A stretch of DNA of 64,000 bases from Bacteroidia bacterium. Its GTDB lineage: Bacteria; Bacteroidota; Bacteroidia; M30B66. Under the pieces are notes generated by a model that did no database searches, was not told where the DNA came from, and saw only the letters and a list, made by a program, of their open reading frames with translations. Shown here in pieces: positions 51,252 through 60,741 of the stretch (its first letter is position 1; every line of letters starts with the position of its first letter). Made by a program: the position numbers and the translations under genes. The stretch lies in NCBI GenBank assembly GCA_965279035.1, contig OZ257142.1:352001-416000 (forward strand), read 5' to 3'.

Positions 51252-51593
51252 TTATGCCAACTCTTGAATTTTTTCTTCGTCCATGCCAACAATAAGTTGA
51301 CTCCCATTTTCGATAATTGGACGACGAATCATGTTGGGATTTTCGATCATCAATTTAATGGCGGAATTTTCGTCTTTTAATGTTGCTTGTTTTACTAGAG
51401 TTAACTTTTTCCAAGTTAAACCTTGTTTATTGATGAACTTTTCCCAAGGTTCTTTTTTGAACCAATTGCGGATTATATTTTCAGTGATTCCCTGATTTTT
51501 ATAATTGTGGAATGTGTAGTCAACTCCTTTGCTATCGAGCAAATCGGTTGTTTTTTGCATGGTATTGCAATTTTTTATTCCATAGATGATCAT
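51252..51593 (-). CDS. ArsC/Spx/YffB family thioredoxin-fold protein
   Basis: MIIYGIKNCNTMQK, FHNYK, INKQGLTWKKL, NPNMIRRPII. ATG at 51593, TACCTTTG promoter at 51628-51621. Confidence 0.88.
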   Translation of the reverse strand: MIIYGIKNCNTMQKTTDLLDSKGVDYTFHNYKNQGITENIIRNWFKKEPWEKFINKQGLTWKKLTLVKQATLKDENSAIKLMIENPNMIRRPIIENGSQLIVGMDEEKIQELA

Positions 51594-51644
51594 GGGAGAG
51601 AGATAAACTTGTTTAAACGACAAAGGTACACAAAACATTGGGCC

Positions 51645-51729
51645 AGGGATAGAGCTGAGCCTATTTGGCGAAGCGAAAGCCCGGTGCACGAAAGCCGTAG
51701 CGAAGCGGATGGCTTTTCTGCAGGACCCC
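51645..51729 (+). ncRNA. Flavo-1-like structured intergenic repeat/RNA motif, copy 1
   Basis: AGGGATAGA-GC-[GCC tattt GGC]-GC-GAAAGCCCG followed by a second hairpin and ACCC. Same framework as 62930-63013. Confidence 0.65.
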
Positions 51730-51857
51730 TAATTATTAAAAATCCCTACATTGTATCGATGTGGAATACGTTTGAATTCCCATAATATGATTTAAGGGAT
51801 TTATATTTGGCAAATCAATATTGGCTGAATGCTTTGTATTGATGTTGATTTTAAAGG

Positions 51858-54800
51858 ATGAGGGTCATTTTAGTATTTATTTTTCTACTTGTTTTAAATG
51901 CATGCTCTTCTAAAAAGGAAGATGAAAAAGCGTTGTTAAATACAGTTGGACAAGAGAATGCTAAACCTAGTATCAAACATGCCGGAAAGCCCGAATTGTT
52001 CTTGTGGAAATCGTTGGAAAAAGCGGAGAAAGTGGCGATTTCGACGTCTAATTTATTTCAAGTTAATGAAGGTTATGATAATACATCTGCTGCCAATTTT
52101 AATGTTCCACTGAAGAAATTTACCTCAGAAAATGGTTTAGGAATCAATGCGGTTATTTGTGGTTATTGTGATAGTCGGGGCAATTTATGGTTTGGAACTA
52201 ACGGAGGCGGAGTTAGTTTTTACAATGGACAAACCTTTGTCAATTTAACAGCAAATCAGGGTTTAGCTGATAATATTGTTCGCTGTATTACCGAAGATGC
52301 TTCTGGTAATATGTGGTTTGGAACACGAGGCGGAGGGATTTCGTGTTATGATGGATTTCGTTTTAGAAATTTTACTACTCAAGAGGGATTAAGCAATAGT
52401 GATGTGCGGTCATTATTGGTGAGTAGGAACGGAAATTTATGGATAGGCACAGAAGGTGGCGGATTGAATATTATGAAACCTGGAGTTGCTGGAATTGGTG
52501 GAAAGATTGAGAAATTTGATTTTGATGGAAAGCCAGAATCGTCAACGATTCAATGTATTTATGAAGACAGTCGTGGATTAATTTGGACTGGAAGTAATTC
52601 AAAAGGAGCAAGTGCATTTGATCCTTCAGGAAAAAACAAACATTCGTTTTTGCATTTTGATTTGCAATCGGGACTAACTGATAGCTCTGTAACTTGTGTG
52701 TTACAAGACAAAGCTGGGGATATCTGGTTAGGCACAAACCGCGGGCTTAGTCGATACAATGGGAAACATTTTATTACCTATACTACCAATGATGGCTTAG
52801 CAGATAACTCAATATTGTGTTTGCTTCAGGATTTAGCGGGTAAAATCTGGATTGGAACTCAAAACGGAGGAGTAAGTTGTTTTGATCCAACAGCCGAACC
52901 GGTATCTGGACGTAAAGCGTTTCATAATTTTAATACTGAAAATGGGCTACCGAATAATCAGATATATAGCATTACAAAAGATCGGTGTGGCAGTTTGTGG
53001 TTTGGTTCGTGGGGTGGTGGAGTTGTACAATACAGCGGAAATTCTATTTCAAGGCTCATGGCTTTGGATGGCTCAGAAAACATCAAAGTAGTTAGCTTAG
53101 CAGAAGACAAAACGGGTGGACTGTGGTTTTTCAATCAACACAATTTACTAACTCGATTTAAAGAAGAAGAAATAGCCGTTTTTACGAACGAAACAATTCG
53201 AAAATTTGGAGTTGTAAGAGGCGCTATTACAGATCGAAAAGGCAATTTGTGGTTTGCCACATCTGGTGCTGGAGTATGTCGATTTGATGGTCAATACTTA
53301 GAATGTTATACGATCAATCAGGGGCTTGTTGGAAATAATACTCGAAGTGTTTTTGAGGATAGTAAAGGACGAATTTGGGTTGGCTCATTTAAGCAAGGAG
53401 TTAGTTGTATTCAAGGCGATTCTATTTTGAATTATACAACAGCTCAAGGCTTATCGAGCAATGAAGTTTGGAATATAATGGAAGACCGAAAAGGAAATAT
53501 TTGGTTTTCGACACATGGTGGAGGAGCGAGTTGCTTTACAGGAAAAGAATTTCGGAATTATTCTACTGAGCAAGGATTGCCTAGTAATGTGATTTGGAAT
53601 GTTACGCAAGATGATGCAGGAAATTTATGGTTTGCCAGTGATGGTGGTGGCATTAGTCGATTTGACGGGGAGACATTTTATACTATATCGGTTGCTCAAG
53701 GTTTGGGTGATGATGTGATCTTATCGACACGTTATGCGCAAGATGGAAGTATCTGGATGGGTACGAATAAAGGTTTTAGTGTTATTCGGATGTTTGTTCA
53801 ATCGAATGATTCTGTTTCAAAAATCGAAAAACCAGTTTCGGCAACAACCAGCTTTACGAATCGTGAATTAAACAGTAAGGGATTCGTTCCTCAGGTAGAT
53901 ATTTACAATAAAAAAACAGGATTTGCCGTCGAAGATCTTTATCCGAACTCACTGTTTTTTGATCGACATGGGATTGTTTGGGCAGGTACTTCTGATGGTT
54001 TAGTTCGATTTGATTATAGGTCGATTCGATCAGGAAATCAACTGCCTACCATTGAATTGCATGCGATTCGAATTAACAATGAAAAAATGTGCTGGCATGA
54101 TTTATCAGAAGAAAAGAACTTGAATCAAGCAGACAGCTTAAATATCCCTACTAACATCAATGAAGAAGTTGCTGTTTGGGGAAGGTCTTTAACTGAAACG
54201 GAGCGTAGTTTATTCCGCAAAAAATTCGGTGACATTCGTTTTTCTAAAATCTCGGGATTTTATCCTTTGCCTCAGCAATTGGAAATTCCCTATCGTTTAA
54301 ATAATATTTCCATTGATTTTGGTGCAATAGAAACTTCACGACCAAGTTTGGTTCGGTATCAATATAAACTTGAGGGTTATGATAATGATTGGAGCCCAGT
54401 GAGTGAAAAGGCGAGTGCTAATTTTGGGAATATATCCGAAGGGACTTATGTTTTCAAAGTGAAGGCACGTGGCCCAGAAGGTATTTGGAGCAAGACCTGC
54501 GAATATTCATTTGTTGTGTTGCCGCCATGGTATCGAACCTGGTGGGCTTTGGCTGCTTATATCTTAATTGGATGTGGAATTCTTGTTTTATTATTTCGTT
54601 GGAGGACGCTTGCTTTGGTTCTTGAAAAGAGAAAGTTAGAAGGTTTAGTGAATGAAAGAACTACTGAAGTTGTTTTGCAAAAGGAGATTGTAGAATATAA
54701 AAACCGAGAAATATTAGCTTCGATTAAATACGCGAAACGCATTCAAACAGCAATACTTCCATCGGGCAGAACGATTAAGCAAAACTTGCCTGAATCATTC

Positions 54801-55454
54801 ATTCTTTATTTGCCGAAAGACATTGTTGCGGGCGATTTTTATTGGATAGAGAAAACTGGAAATCATGTGTTATTTGCTGCGTGTGATTGTACTGGACATG
54901 GCGTACCGGGTGCGATGGTTTCGGTTGTTTGTAATAATGCATTAAATCGTGCAGTAAGGGAATTTGGACTTCAAAAACCTGCCGAGATTTTGGATAAAGT
55001 TGCCAAGTTGGTAATAGAAAATTTTTCGACTAGCGATGATTCAATTGAAGATGGAATGGACATTTCCTTGTGTTCATACAATATTATAACCCATGAACTT
55101 CAATGGGCTGGAGCAAATAATCCACTTTGGATCATTCGAAAAGGTGAGCTCATCATTTATCATCCCGATAAGCAGCCAGTTGGATTACATGAAAACCCGC
55201 TACCCTTTACCAATCATACGATTCAACTTGAAAAGGATGATCAGCTGTATATTTTCAGTGATGGTTTTGCAGATCAGTTTGGTGGCGAAGAGCGGGAGAA
55301 AAAGCTAACACGTAAGCGATTCCGTGAATTGATATTGAGTGTATCGTCCAAAGACATCAAAGCCCAAGGTGATTATTTGGAGTCGTTTATTGTGAATTAT
55401 CGTAATGGATTAATGCAAATAGATGATATATTAATTATTGGAGTAAGGATATAA
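51858..55454 (+). CDS. Membrane sensor phosphatase: Reg_prop beta-propeller repeats + Y_Y_Y + TM + SpoIIE/PP2C (RsbU-like)
   Basis: Repeated D..GNLWFGT.GGG, YQYKLEGYDNDW, PPWYRTWW TM helix, DIVAGDFYW, DCTGHGVPGA, DGMD, FSDGFADQFG, DDILIIG. Confidence 0.92.
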   Translation: MRVILVFIFLLVLNACSSKKEDEKALLNTVGQENAKPSIKHAGKPELFLWKSLEKAEKVAISTSNLFQVNEGYDNTSAANFNVPLKKFTSENGLGINAVICGYCDSRGNLWFGTNGGGVSFYNGQTFVNLTANQGLADNIVRCITEDASGNMWFGTRGGGISCYDGFRFRNFTTQEGLSNSDVRSLLVSRNGNLWIGTEGGGLNIMKPGVAGIGGKIEKFDFDGKPESSTIQCIYEDSRGLIWTGSNSKGASAFDPSGKNKHSFLHFDLQSGLTDSSVTCVLQDKAGDIWLGTNRGLSRYNGKHFITYTTNDGLADNSILCLLQDLAGKIWIGTQNGGVSCFDPTAEPVSGRKAFHNFNTENGLPNNQIYSITKDRCGSLWFGSWGGGVVQYSGNSISRLMALDGSENIKVVSLAEDKTGGLWFFNQHNLLTRFKEEEIAVFTNETIRKFGVVRGAITDRKGNLWFATSGAGVCRFDGQYLECYTINQGLVGNNTRSVFEDSKGRIWVGSFKQGVSCIQGDSILNYTTAQGLSSNEVWNIMEDRKGNIWFSTHGGGASCFTGKEFRNYSTEQGLPSNVIWNVTQDDAGNLWFASDGGGISRFDGETFYTISVAQGLGDDVILSTRYAQDGSIWMGTNKGFSVIRMFVQSNDSVSKIEKPVSATTSFTNRELNSKGFVPQVDIYNKKTGFAVEDLYPNSLFFDRHGIVWAGTSDGLVRFDYRSIRSGNQLPTIELHAIRINNEKMCWHDLSEEKNLNQADSLNIPTNINEEVAVWGRSLTETERSLFRKKFGDIRFSKISGFYPLPQQLEIPYRLNNISIDFGAIETSRPSLVRYQYKLEGYDNDWSPVSEKASANFGNISEGTYVFKVKARGPEGIWSKTCEYSFVVLPPWYRTWWALAAYILIGCGILVLLFRWRTLALVLEKRKLEGLVNERTTEVVLQKEIVEYKNREILASIKYAKRIQTAILPSGRTIKQNLPESFILYLPKDIVAGDFYWIEKTGNHVLFAACDCTGHGVPGAMVSVVCNNALNRAVREFGLQKPAEILDKVAKLVIENFSTSDDSIEDGMDISLCSYNIITHELQWAGANNPLWIIRKGELIIYHPDKQPVGLHENPLPFTNHTIQLEKDDQLYIFSDGFADQFGGEEREKKLTRKRFRELILSVSSKDIKAQGDYLESFIVNYRNGLMQIDDILIIGVRI

Positions 55455-55479
55455 AAAAAGCCCGGAATTCCAGGCTTTT
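55453..55479. terminator. Intrinsic terminator between convergent genes
   Basis: Minus strand AAAAGCCTGG-aatt-CCGGGCTTTTTTT. Confidence 0.75.
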
Positions 55480-55524
55480 CTTAGTATTTATAATAGAAAG
55501 AAGAAATTAATTTATACCAGATTA

Positions 55525-56703
55525 TTATTTAAAGGCATTGATTCCTGTAACATCCATTCCTGTAATCAAAAGATGAATGTCGTGAGTTCCTTCGTAGGTA
55601 ACAACCGACTCTAGATTCATCATGTGACGCATAATAGGATACTCGCCTGTGATCCCCATTCCACCATGCATTTGACGAGCTTCACGAGCTATTTCAAGCG
55701 CCATGTTTACATTGTTACGTTTGGCCATGGAGATTTGAGCAGCTGTTGCACGATCTTCATTACGAAGTACGCCTAATCGCCAGCAAAGCAATTGTGCCTT
55801 AGTAATTTCGGTAATCATTTCGGCCAGTTTCTTTTGTTGTAGTTGAAAGCCAGCGATTGGTTTCCCAAACTGGATACGTTCTTTGGAATATCGTAAAGCC
55901 GAATCATAGCAATCCATAGCTGCACCAATAACACCCCAAGCGATTCCGTAACGAGCCGAATTGAGGCAACCCAAAGGACCTTTCAATCCTTCAACATTAG
56001 GAAGTAAATTTTCTTTAGGAACTTTTACATTATCGAAAACTAATTCACCTGTTGCAGAAGCACGAAGTGACCATTTGTCGTGTGTTTCAGGTGTGGTGAA
56101 TCCTTCCATACCGCGTTCAACAATGATCCCACGAATTTTCCCAGCTTCATTTTTCGCCCATACCACTGCGATATCAGCAAAAGGAGCATTGGAAATCCAC
56201 ATTTTTGCACCATTGAGTAAGAAATGGTCGCCCATGTCTTTGATATTCGTGATCATACTTCCGGGATCAGATCCGGAATCTGGTTCAGTTAAACCAAAGC
56301 AACCCATCATTTCGCCTGTGGCTAATTTGGGTAGGTATTTACGACGTTGTTCTTCGGAGCCATATTTATAAATAGGGTACATCACTAAAGAACTTTGAAC
56401 AGACGCTGTTGAGCGGATTCCACTATCGCCACGTTCAATTTCTTGCATGATTAAACCGTAGGTAATTTGATCCATTCCTCCTCCGCCATATTCTACCGGA
56501 ATGTATGGTCCAAAAGCTCCGATTTCGCCGAGTCCTTTGATTAATTGTTTAGGAAAAACGCAACGCTGTGCGTGATCTTCAATGATGGGGGTTACTTCTT
56601 TTTTAACCCAGGCACGAACGGTGTCGCGGATTAGCTTTTGTTCGTCAGAAAGCAGATCGTCGATCTGATAATAATCATGGCCTTGAAACCTGTCTTTACT
56701 CAT
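55525..56703 (-). CDS. gcdH: Acyl-CoA dehydrogenase, glutaryl-CoA dehydrogenase-like
   Basis: EIERGDSGIRS..SVQSSLVM, CFGLTEPDSGSDPG, SLRASATG, CLNSARYGIAWG, NLESVVTYEGTHDIH. Confidence 0.8.
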   Translation of the reverse strand: MSKDRFQGHDYYQIDDLLSDEQKLIRDTVRAWVKKEVTPIIEDHAQRCVFPKQLIKGLGEIGAFGPYIPVEYGGGGMDQITYGLIMQEIERGDSGIRSTASVQSSLVMYPIYKYGSEEQRRKYLPKLATGEMMGCFGLTEPDSGSDPGSMITNIKDMGDHFLLNGAKMWISNAPFADIAVVWAKNEAGKIRGIIVERGMEGFTTPETHDKWSLRASATGELVFDNVKVPKENLLPNVEGLKGPLGCLNSARYGIAWGVIGAAMDCYDSALRYSKERIQFGKPIAGFQLQQKKLAEMITEITKAQLLCWRLGVLRNEDRATAAQISMAKRNNVNMALEIAREARQMHGGMGITGEYPIMRHMMNLESVVTYEGTHDIHLLITGMDVTGINAFK

Positions 56704-56878
56704 GGTGAAGAATGATTTGATTTTGCGGATGCAAAAGTATGTTTTTCGGTTTGTGATTGAACAGATTAAGAGGATGATTGTTTGATGAGTTTAATTTAAC
56801 ATGAACCGATTCATTGAATCCCTAATTTTACACGATTCTTAATTCAATCATCTTTCTTTTTCTTGATAAATTCCCAAC

Positions 56879-57454
56879 ATGGCAGCAAAGAAAACAGCGA
56901 CTCCTAAAAAAGCAACGGCAACTAAAAAGGCAACAACAATAAAAAAAACTGTTCGTAAGCCAACGAGCCCATCTTCTTCTGCACGATCAACAAATTCCAT
57001 TGGATTGGATTCTGTTCAAGGAAAAGAACTCGCCGAAAAGCTGAATGATTTATTAGCAAACTATCAGATATTCTATATGAATACGCGTGGTTTTCATTGG
57101 AACATCAAAGGGGAAAAGTTTTTCGAATTGCATTTGAAATTTGAGGAACTCTATAGCGATTTGGTTTTGAAAATAGATGAAATCGCTGAACGTGTGTTAA
57201 CTTTAGGACACATTCCTATGCATGGATATGATGATTACTTGAAATCTTCTGTTGTTAAACCTTTGAAAAATATTAGCGAAGGGAAAAAGGCAATTCAAGC
57301 AATTCTAGATTCATTCAAAGTGCTCATAACAAAACAGCGTGTATTGCTTGATTTATCGGATGTTGCCGATGATGAGGGAACCAATGCCTTAATGAGTGAT
57401 TATATCCGCCAACAAGAAAAATTGGTGTGGATGTATTCATCCGTTTTGGGTTGA
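56879..57454 (+). CDS. dps: Dps family DNA-protecting mini-ferritin with Lys-rich N-terminal tail
   Basis: FHWNIKGEKFFELHLKFEELY, IDEIAERVL, DEGT, QEKLVWM. Confidence 0.93.
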   Translation: MAAKKTATPKKATATKKATTIKKTVRKPTSPSSSARSTNSIGLDSVQGKELAEKLNDLLANYQIFYMNTRGFHWNIKGEKFFELHLKFEELYSDLVLKIDEIAERVLTLGHIPMHGYDDYLKSSVVKPLKNISEGKKAIQAILDSFKVLITKQRVLLDLSDVADDEGTNALMSDYIRQQEKLVWMYSSVLG

Positions 57455-57476
57455 TAAACAATAGAACATAGAAATT

Positions 57477-57517
57477 GAACCCATTTGTTGAGTTGAAATT
57501 CAATGAATGGGTTCTTT
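57477..57517 (+). terminator. Hairpin/terminator after dps
   Basis: 15-bp stem GAACCCATTTGTTGA / TCAATGAATGGGTTC (two G-U pairs) followed by TTT. Confidence 0.6.
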
Positions 57518-57569
57518 CATTATTGCCAATCTGATTTATATTGCAAGCAATTAAAAACCACCTTTCATC

Positions 57570-58763
57570 ATGTACGAATCGTATCAGCAATTTTTACAAC
57601 AAGAACTTAAAGCCATTGATGAAGCTGGGCTTTTTAAACGTGAGCGGATAATACTAAATCCTCAGGGAGCAGATATTAAAGTAAGTACTGGACAAGAAGT
57701 CGTGAATTTTTGTGCGAACAATTATCTTGGACTTTCTTCACATCCAGCAGTCATTAAAGCAGCGCACGAAACGCTCGATAGCCATGGATTTGGGATGAGC
57801 AGCGTTCGGTTTATATGCGGAACACAGGATATTCACAAAGAGTTGGAACGGAAAATATCCGAATTTTTAGGTACAGAAGACACGATACTTTATGCCGCTG
57901 CATTTGATGCAAATGGTGGTGTTTTCGAACCATTGTTTGGTGCCGAAGACGCTATTATTTCTGATTCCTTGAATCATGCTTCCATCATTGATGGTGTTCG
58001 TTTATGCAAAGCTGTGCGTTATCGATACAACAATAACGATATGGCCGATTTGGAAGCAAGACTAATCGAATCTCAAGCTCAACGTTTTCGAATTATTGTT
58101 ACCGATGGTGTTTTTTCGATGGATGGCTACATTGCTCAACTGGATAAAATTGTTGAGTTAGCTGAGAAATACAATGCCTTGATCATGGTTGATGATTGTC
58201 ACAGCACAGGCTTCCTCGGTAAAACAGGTCGCGGGACTGCCGAACATTGTGGGGTTTTTGGTAAGATCGACATCATCACAGGAACATTGGGAAAAGCTTT
58301 GGGTGGCGCCATGGGTGGATTTACTTCCGGAAAAAAAGAAATTATCGATTTGCTGCGTCAACGATCTCGTCCGTATTTATTCTCCAATTCATTAGCTCCT
58401 GCAATTGTTGGAGCGGGTATCGCTGTGTTGGACTTATTGAGTTCATCAACACATTTGAGAGATAAACTCATGGAAAACACCAGCTATTTCAGAGCAAAAA
58501 TGAAAGAAGCTGGATTTGATATCAAAGAAGGTGTTCATCCAATTTGTCCAATCATGTTATATGATGCGCGATTGAGTCAGGTTTTTGCGGAGAAACTCTT
58601 AGCCGAAGGTATTTATGTTATTGGATTTTACTATCCCGTTGTTCCAAAAGATCAAGCAAGAATACGCGTTCAAATTTCTGCCGCTCATGAACGTCATCAT
58701 TTGGATAAAGCCATTGCGGCATTTATCAAAGTGGGAAATGAGTTAGGTGTAATTAATAAATAA
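57570..58763 (+). CDS. kbl: Glycine C-acetyltransferase (2-amino-3-ketobutyrate CoA ligase)
   Basis: [60 protein letters not shown]. Confidence 0.96.
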   Translation: MYESYQQFLQQELKAIDEAGLFKRERIILNPQGADIKVSTGQEVVNFCANNYLGLSSHPAVIKAAHETLDSHGFGMSSVRFICGTQDIHKELERKISEFLGTEDTILYAAAFDANGGVFEPLFGAEDAIISDSLNHASIIDGVRLCKAVRYRYNNNDMADLEARLIESQAQRFRIIVTDGVFSMDGYIAQLDKIVELAEKYNALIMVDDCHSTGFLGKTGRGTAEHCGVFGKIDIITGTLGKALGGAMGGFTSGKKEIIDLLRQRSRPYLFSNSLAPAIVGAGIAVLDLLSSSTHLRDKLMENTSYFRAKMKEAGFDIKEGVHPICPIMLYDARLSQVFAEKLLAEGIYVIGFYYPVVPKDQARIRVQISAAHERHHLDKAIAAFIKVGNELGVINK

Positions 58764-58775
58764 ACATTCTGAACC

Positions 58776-59507
58776 ATGATTAAAAAGGCAATCTTATTCG
58801 TTGGACTAACTCTGCCAATGCTTGTTTCTGCTCAAATACCTGAGCCAACGATATCGTATCAAAAGAGTTATTTCGCCACAGTTTCGGAAGGGATACTTTC
58901 TGCCGGAAATTTGGGAAAAGTTGCATTATACGATCCATCTCTACCAATTCCTTCCAATGTGTTAGATTTTGGGCATCAGTCAACACCCGTAATTCGTTAT
59001 TCAACGTTCTTGCATTTAGGTGAGCAATTGCATGTGAATTTCAGCAATACGTTTGGGTTTTATACTGGAATTGGAATGCGCAATATTGGAATGATCAATC
59101 GCTTAAGCGACAGTGTGAAAGTAAAGCAACGTGTTTATTCTGTTGGGATTCCTGTAGCGTTGAAAATTGGGAACATGGGCAAAAAGGCTTATGCAGCATT
59201 TGGTGCAGAACTCGAACTCTTTTTCAACTACAAACAAAAGACGTTTAAAGGAAGTGGCAGAGGCGATAAAGTGGAGAAATTCAATGAGTGGTTTTCTAAC
59301 CGCACTGAACTTTTTAATCCATCGGTGTTTGCTGAGTTTAATTTTGGGAAAGGCACTTACATTAAAGTGCGTTATTACTTGAATAACTTTTTAATTGCAG
59401 GCAATCAGTCATTCACATTGAACAACGTTAAATATGGTTTTAGACCAGAAAAATCGCAGCTTTTCTCGCTGTCATTTGGTCGCGTGATTGGAAAAAAACG
59501 GAAATAA
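58776..59507 (+). CDS. Exported protein, probable outer-membrane beta-barrel
   Basis: Signal peptide ending VSA-Q, GFYTGIGMRNIG, GIPVALKIG, alternating strands. Confidence 0.6.
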   Translation: MIKKAILFVGLTLPMLVSAQIPEPTISYQKSYFATVSEGILSAGNLGKVALYDPSLPIPSNVLDFGHQSTPVIRYSTFLHLGEQLHVNFSNTFGFYTGIGMRNIGMINRLSDSVKVKQRVYSVGIPVALKIGNMGKKAYAAFGAELELFFNYKQKTFKGSGRGDKVEKFNEWFSNRTELFNPSVFAEFNFGKGTYIKVRYYLNNFLIAGNQSFTLNNVKYGFRPEKSQLFSLSFGRVIGKKRK

Positions 59508-59520
59508 TTCTGAAAAAAAC

Positions 59521-59554
59521 AAAAGCCACGAAAAATCAATTTCGTGGCTTTTTT
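59521..59554. terminator. Bidirectional intrinsic terminator
   Basis: AAAAGCCACGAAA / TTTCGTGGCTTTT between convergent genes. Confidence 0.85.
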
Positions 59555-59569
59555 ATAGGATTGAATACC

Positions 59570-60547
59570 TTAAAATCCTGCAGGAACCGGTTTGTTTTTG
59601 ACAGCATTTTCAATTTGAAGCATAACTTCCTCGGTGAGCAATGGAACTACTTCGAGTGCTTTGAAATTGTCGATCAAATGATCTTTTCGAGAGGCACCTA
59701 AAATAACGGTGCTCACGTTTTTATTTTTCAAACACCAAGCAATAGCTAATTGCGGAAGAGTCGTTCCGAGATCTTGAGCTAATACGTTCAGTTCACGAGC
59801 GATGTGTAAGTTTTCTTCGGTGTGCATTTTATCGCGAAGCCATTCCAAACCTTGCATGCCGAGACGTGTTCCATCGGGGAAGCCATCATTGTATTTACCT
59901 GATAAAATTCCAGACGCTAATGGTGACCAGATTGTTGATCCATAGCCCATTTCGGAAAAGATGCGTTCGTATTCTACCTCAAATCGATCGCGATGGAGCA
60001 AGTTATATTGTGGTTGTTCCATAGTTGGCGGAATCAAATGCTCGCGACGGGCAATGTGAAATGCCTCCATGATTTGTTGAGAGCTCCATTCGGAAGTTCC
60101 CCAATAGAGAATTTTTCCTTGGCGGATTAGGTCGTTCATAACCCAAACGGTTTCTTCCATGGGCGTATTGGGATCGGGGCGATGGCAGAAATACAAATCG
60201 AGGTAATCGAGTTGGAAGCGTTTTAATGCTGCATGACAGGCTTCGAACACATGCTTGCGCGATAATCCAGTTTGGTTGGGTTTATCGCCACCCCAAAATA
60301 CTTTGCTCGAAACCACATAGGAATCGCGACGCCAATCCTGTTTTTTAAGGATGTTTCCCATGACGATTTCGCTTTTTCCACGTGCGTAGATTTCGGCATT
60401 GTCGAAAAAGTTAACGCCATGTTCGTAAGCGGTGACCATGAGTTCTTCGGCTACATCATCGCTGATTTGTTTGCCGAATGTGAGCCAAGAACCTAATGAT
60501 AAAGCGGATAGTTGCAGACCAGAGCGGCCTAAACGACGGTATTCCAT
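59570..60547 (-). CDS. Aldo-keto reductase (Kv channel beta-subunit-like)
   Basis: MEYRRLGRSGL, LGSWLTFG, FDNAEIY, SSKVFWG, DLYFCHRPD, YWGTSEW, WSPLASG. Confidence 0.9.
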   Translation of the reverse strand: MEYRRLGRSGLQLSALSLGSWLTFGKQISDDVAEELMVTAYEHGVNFFDNAEIYARGKSEIVMGNILKKQDWRRDSYVVSSKVFWGGDKPNQTGLSRKHVFEACHAALKRFQLDYLDLYFCHRPDPNTPMEETVWVMNDLIRQGKILYWGTSEWSSQQIMEAFHIARREHLIPPTMEQPQYNLLHRDRFEVEYERIFSEMGYGSTIWSPLASGILSGKYNDGFPDGTRLGMQGLEWLRDKMHTEENLHIARELNVLAQDLGTTLPQLAIAWCLKNKNVSTVILGASRKDHLIDNFKALEVVPLLTEEVMLQIENAVKNKPVPAGF

Positions 60548-60741
60548 GTTTTTATTTTTTCTTCAGCCAAATGCTGCGAGTAATGAATGCTTAAAGCGTG
60601 AAAATGTTTGGTAAATTAACAAATAAGCAGCGGAATGAATTCCGGGATTGCTCGAAAAAGGTTGATTTAATCCCGTAAATGAATTAATTGAACAATAGCC
60701 GTGTACATTTGCCAACCCAATCTTGAAACAGTCCACAAACT

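Noticed and set aside
52100-53800. Repetitive DNA suggesting a repeat array or diversity-generating element
   Set aside because: It is explained by degenerate Reg_prop protein repeats. No reverse transcriptase or template/variable repeat pair was seen.
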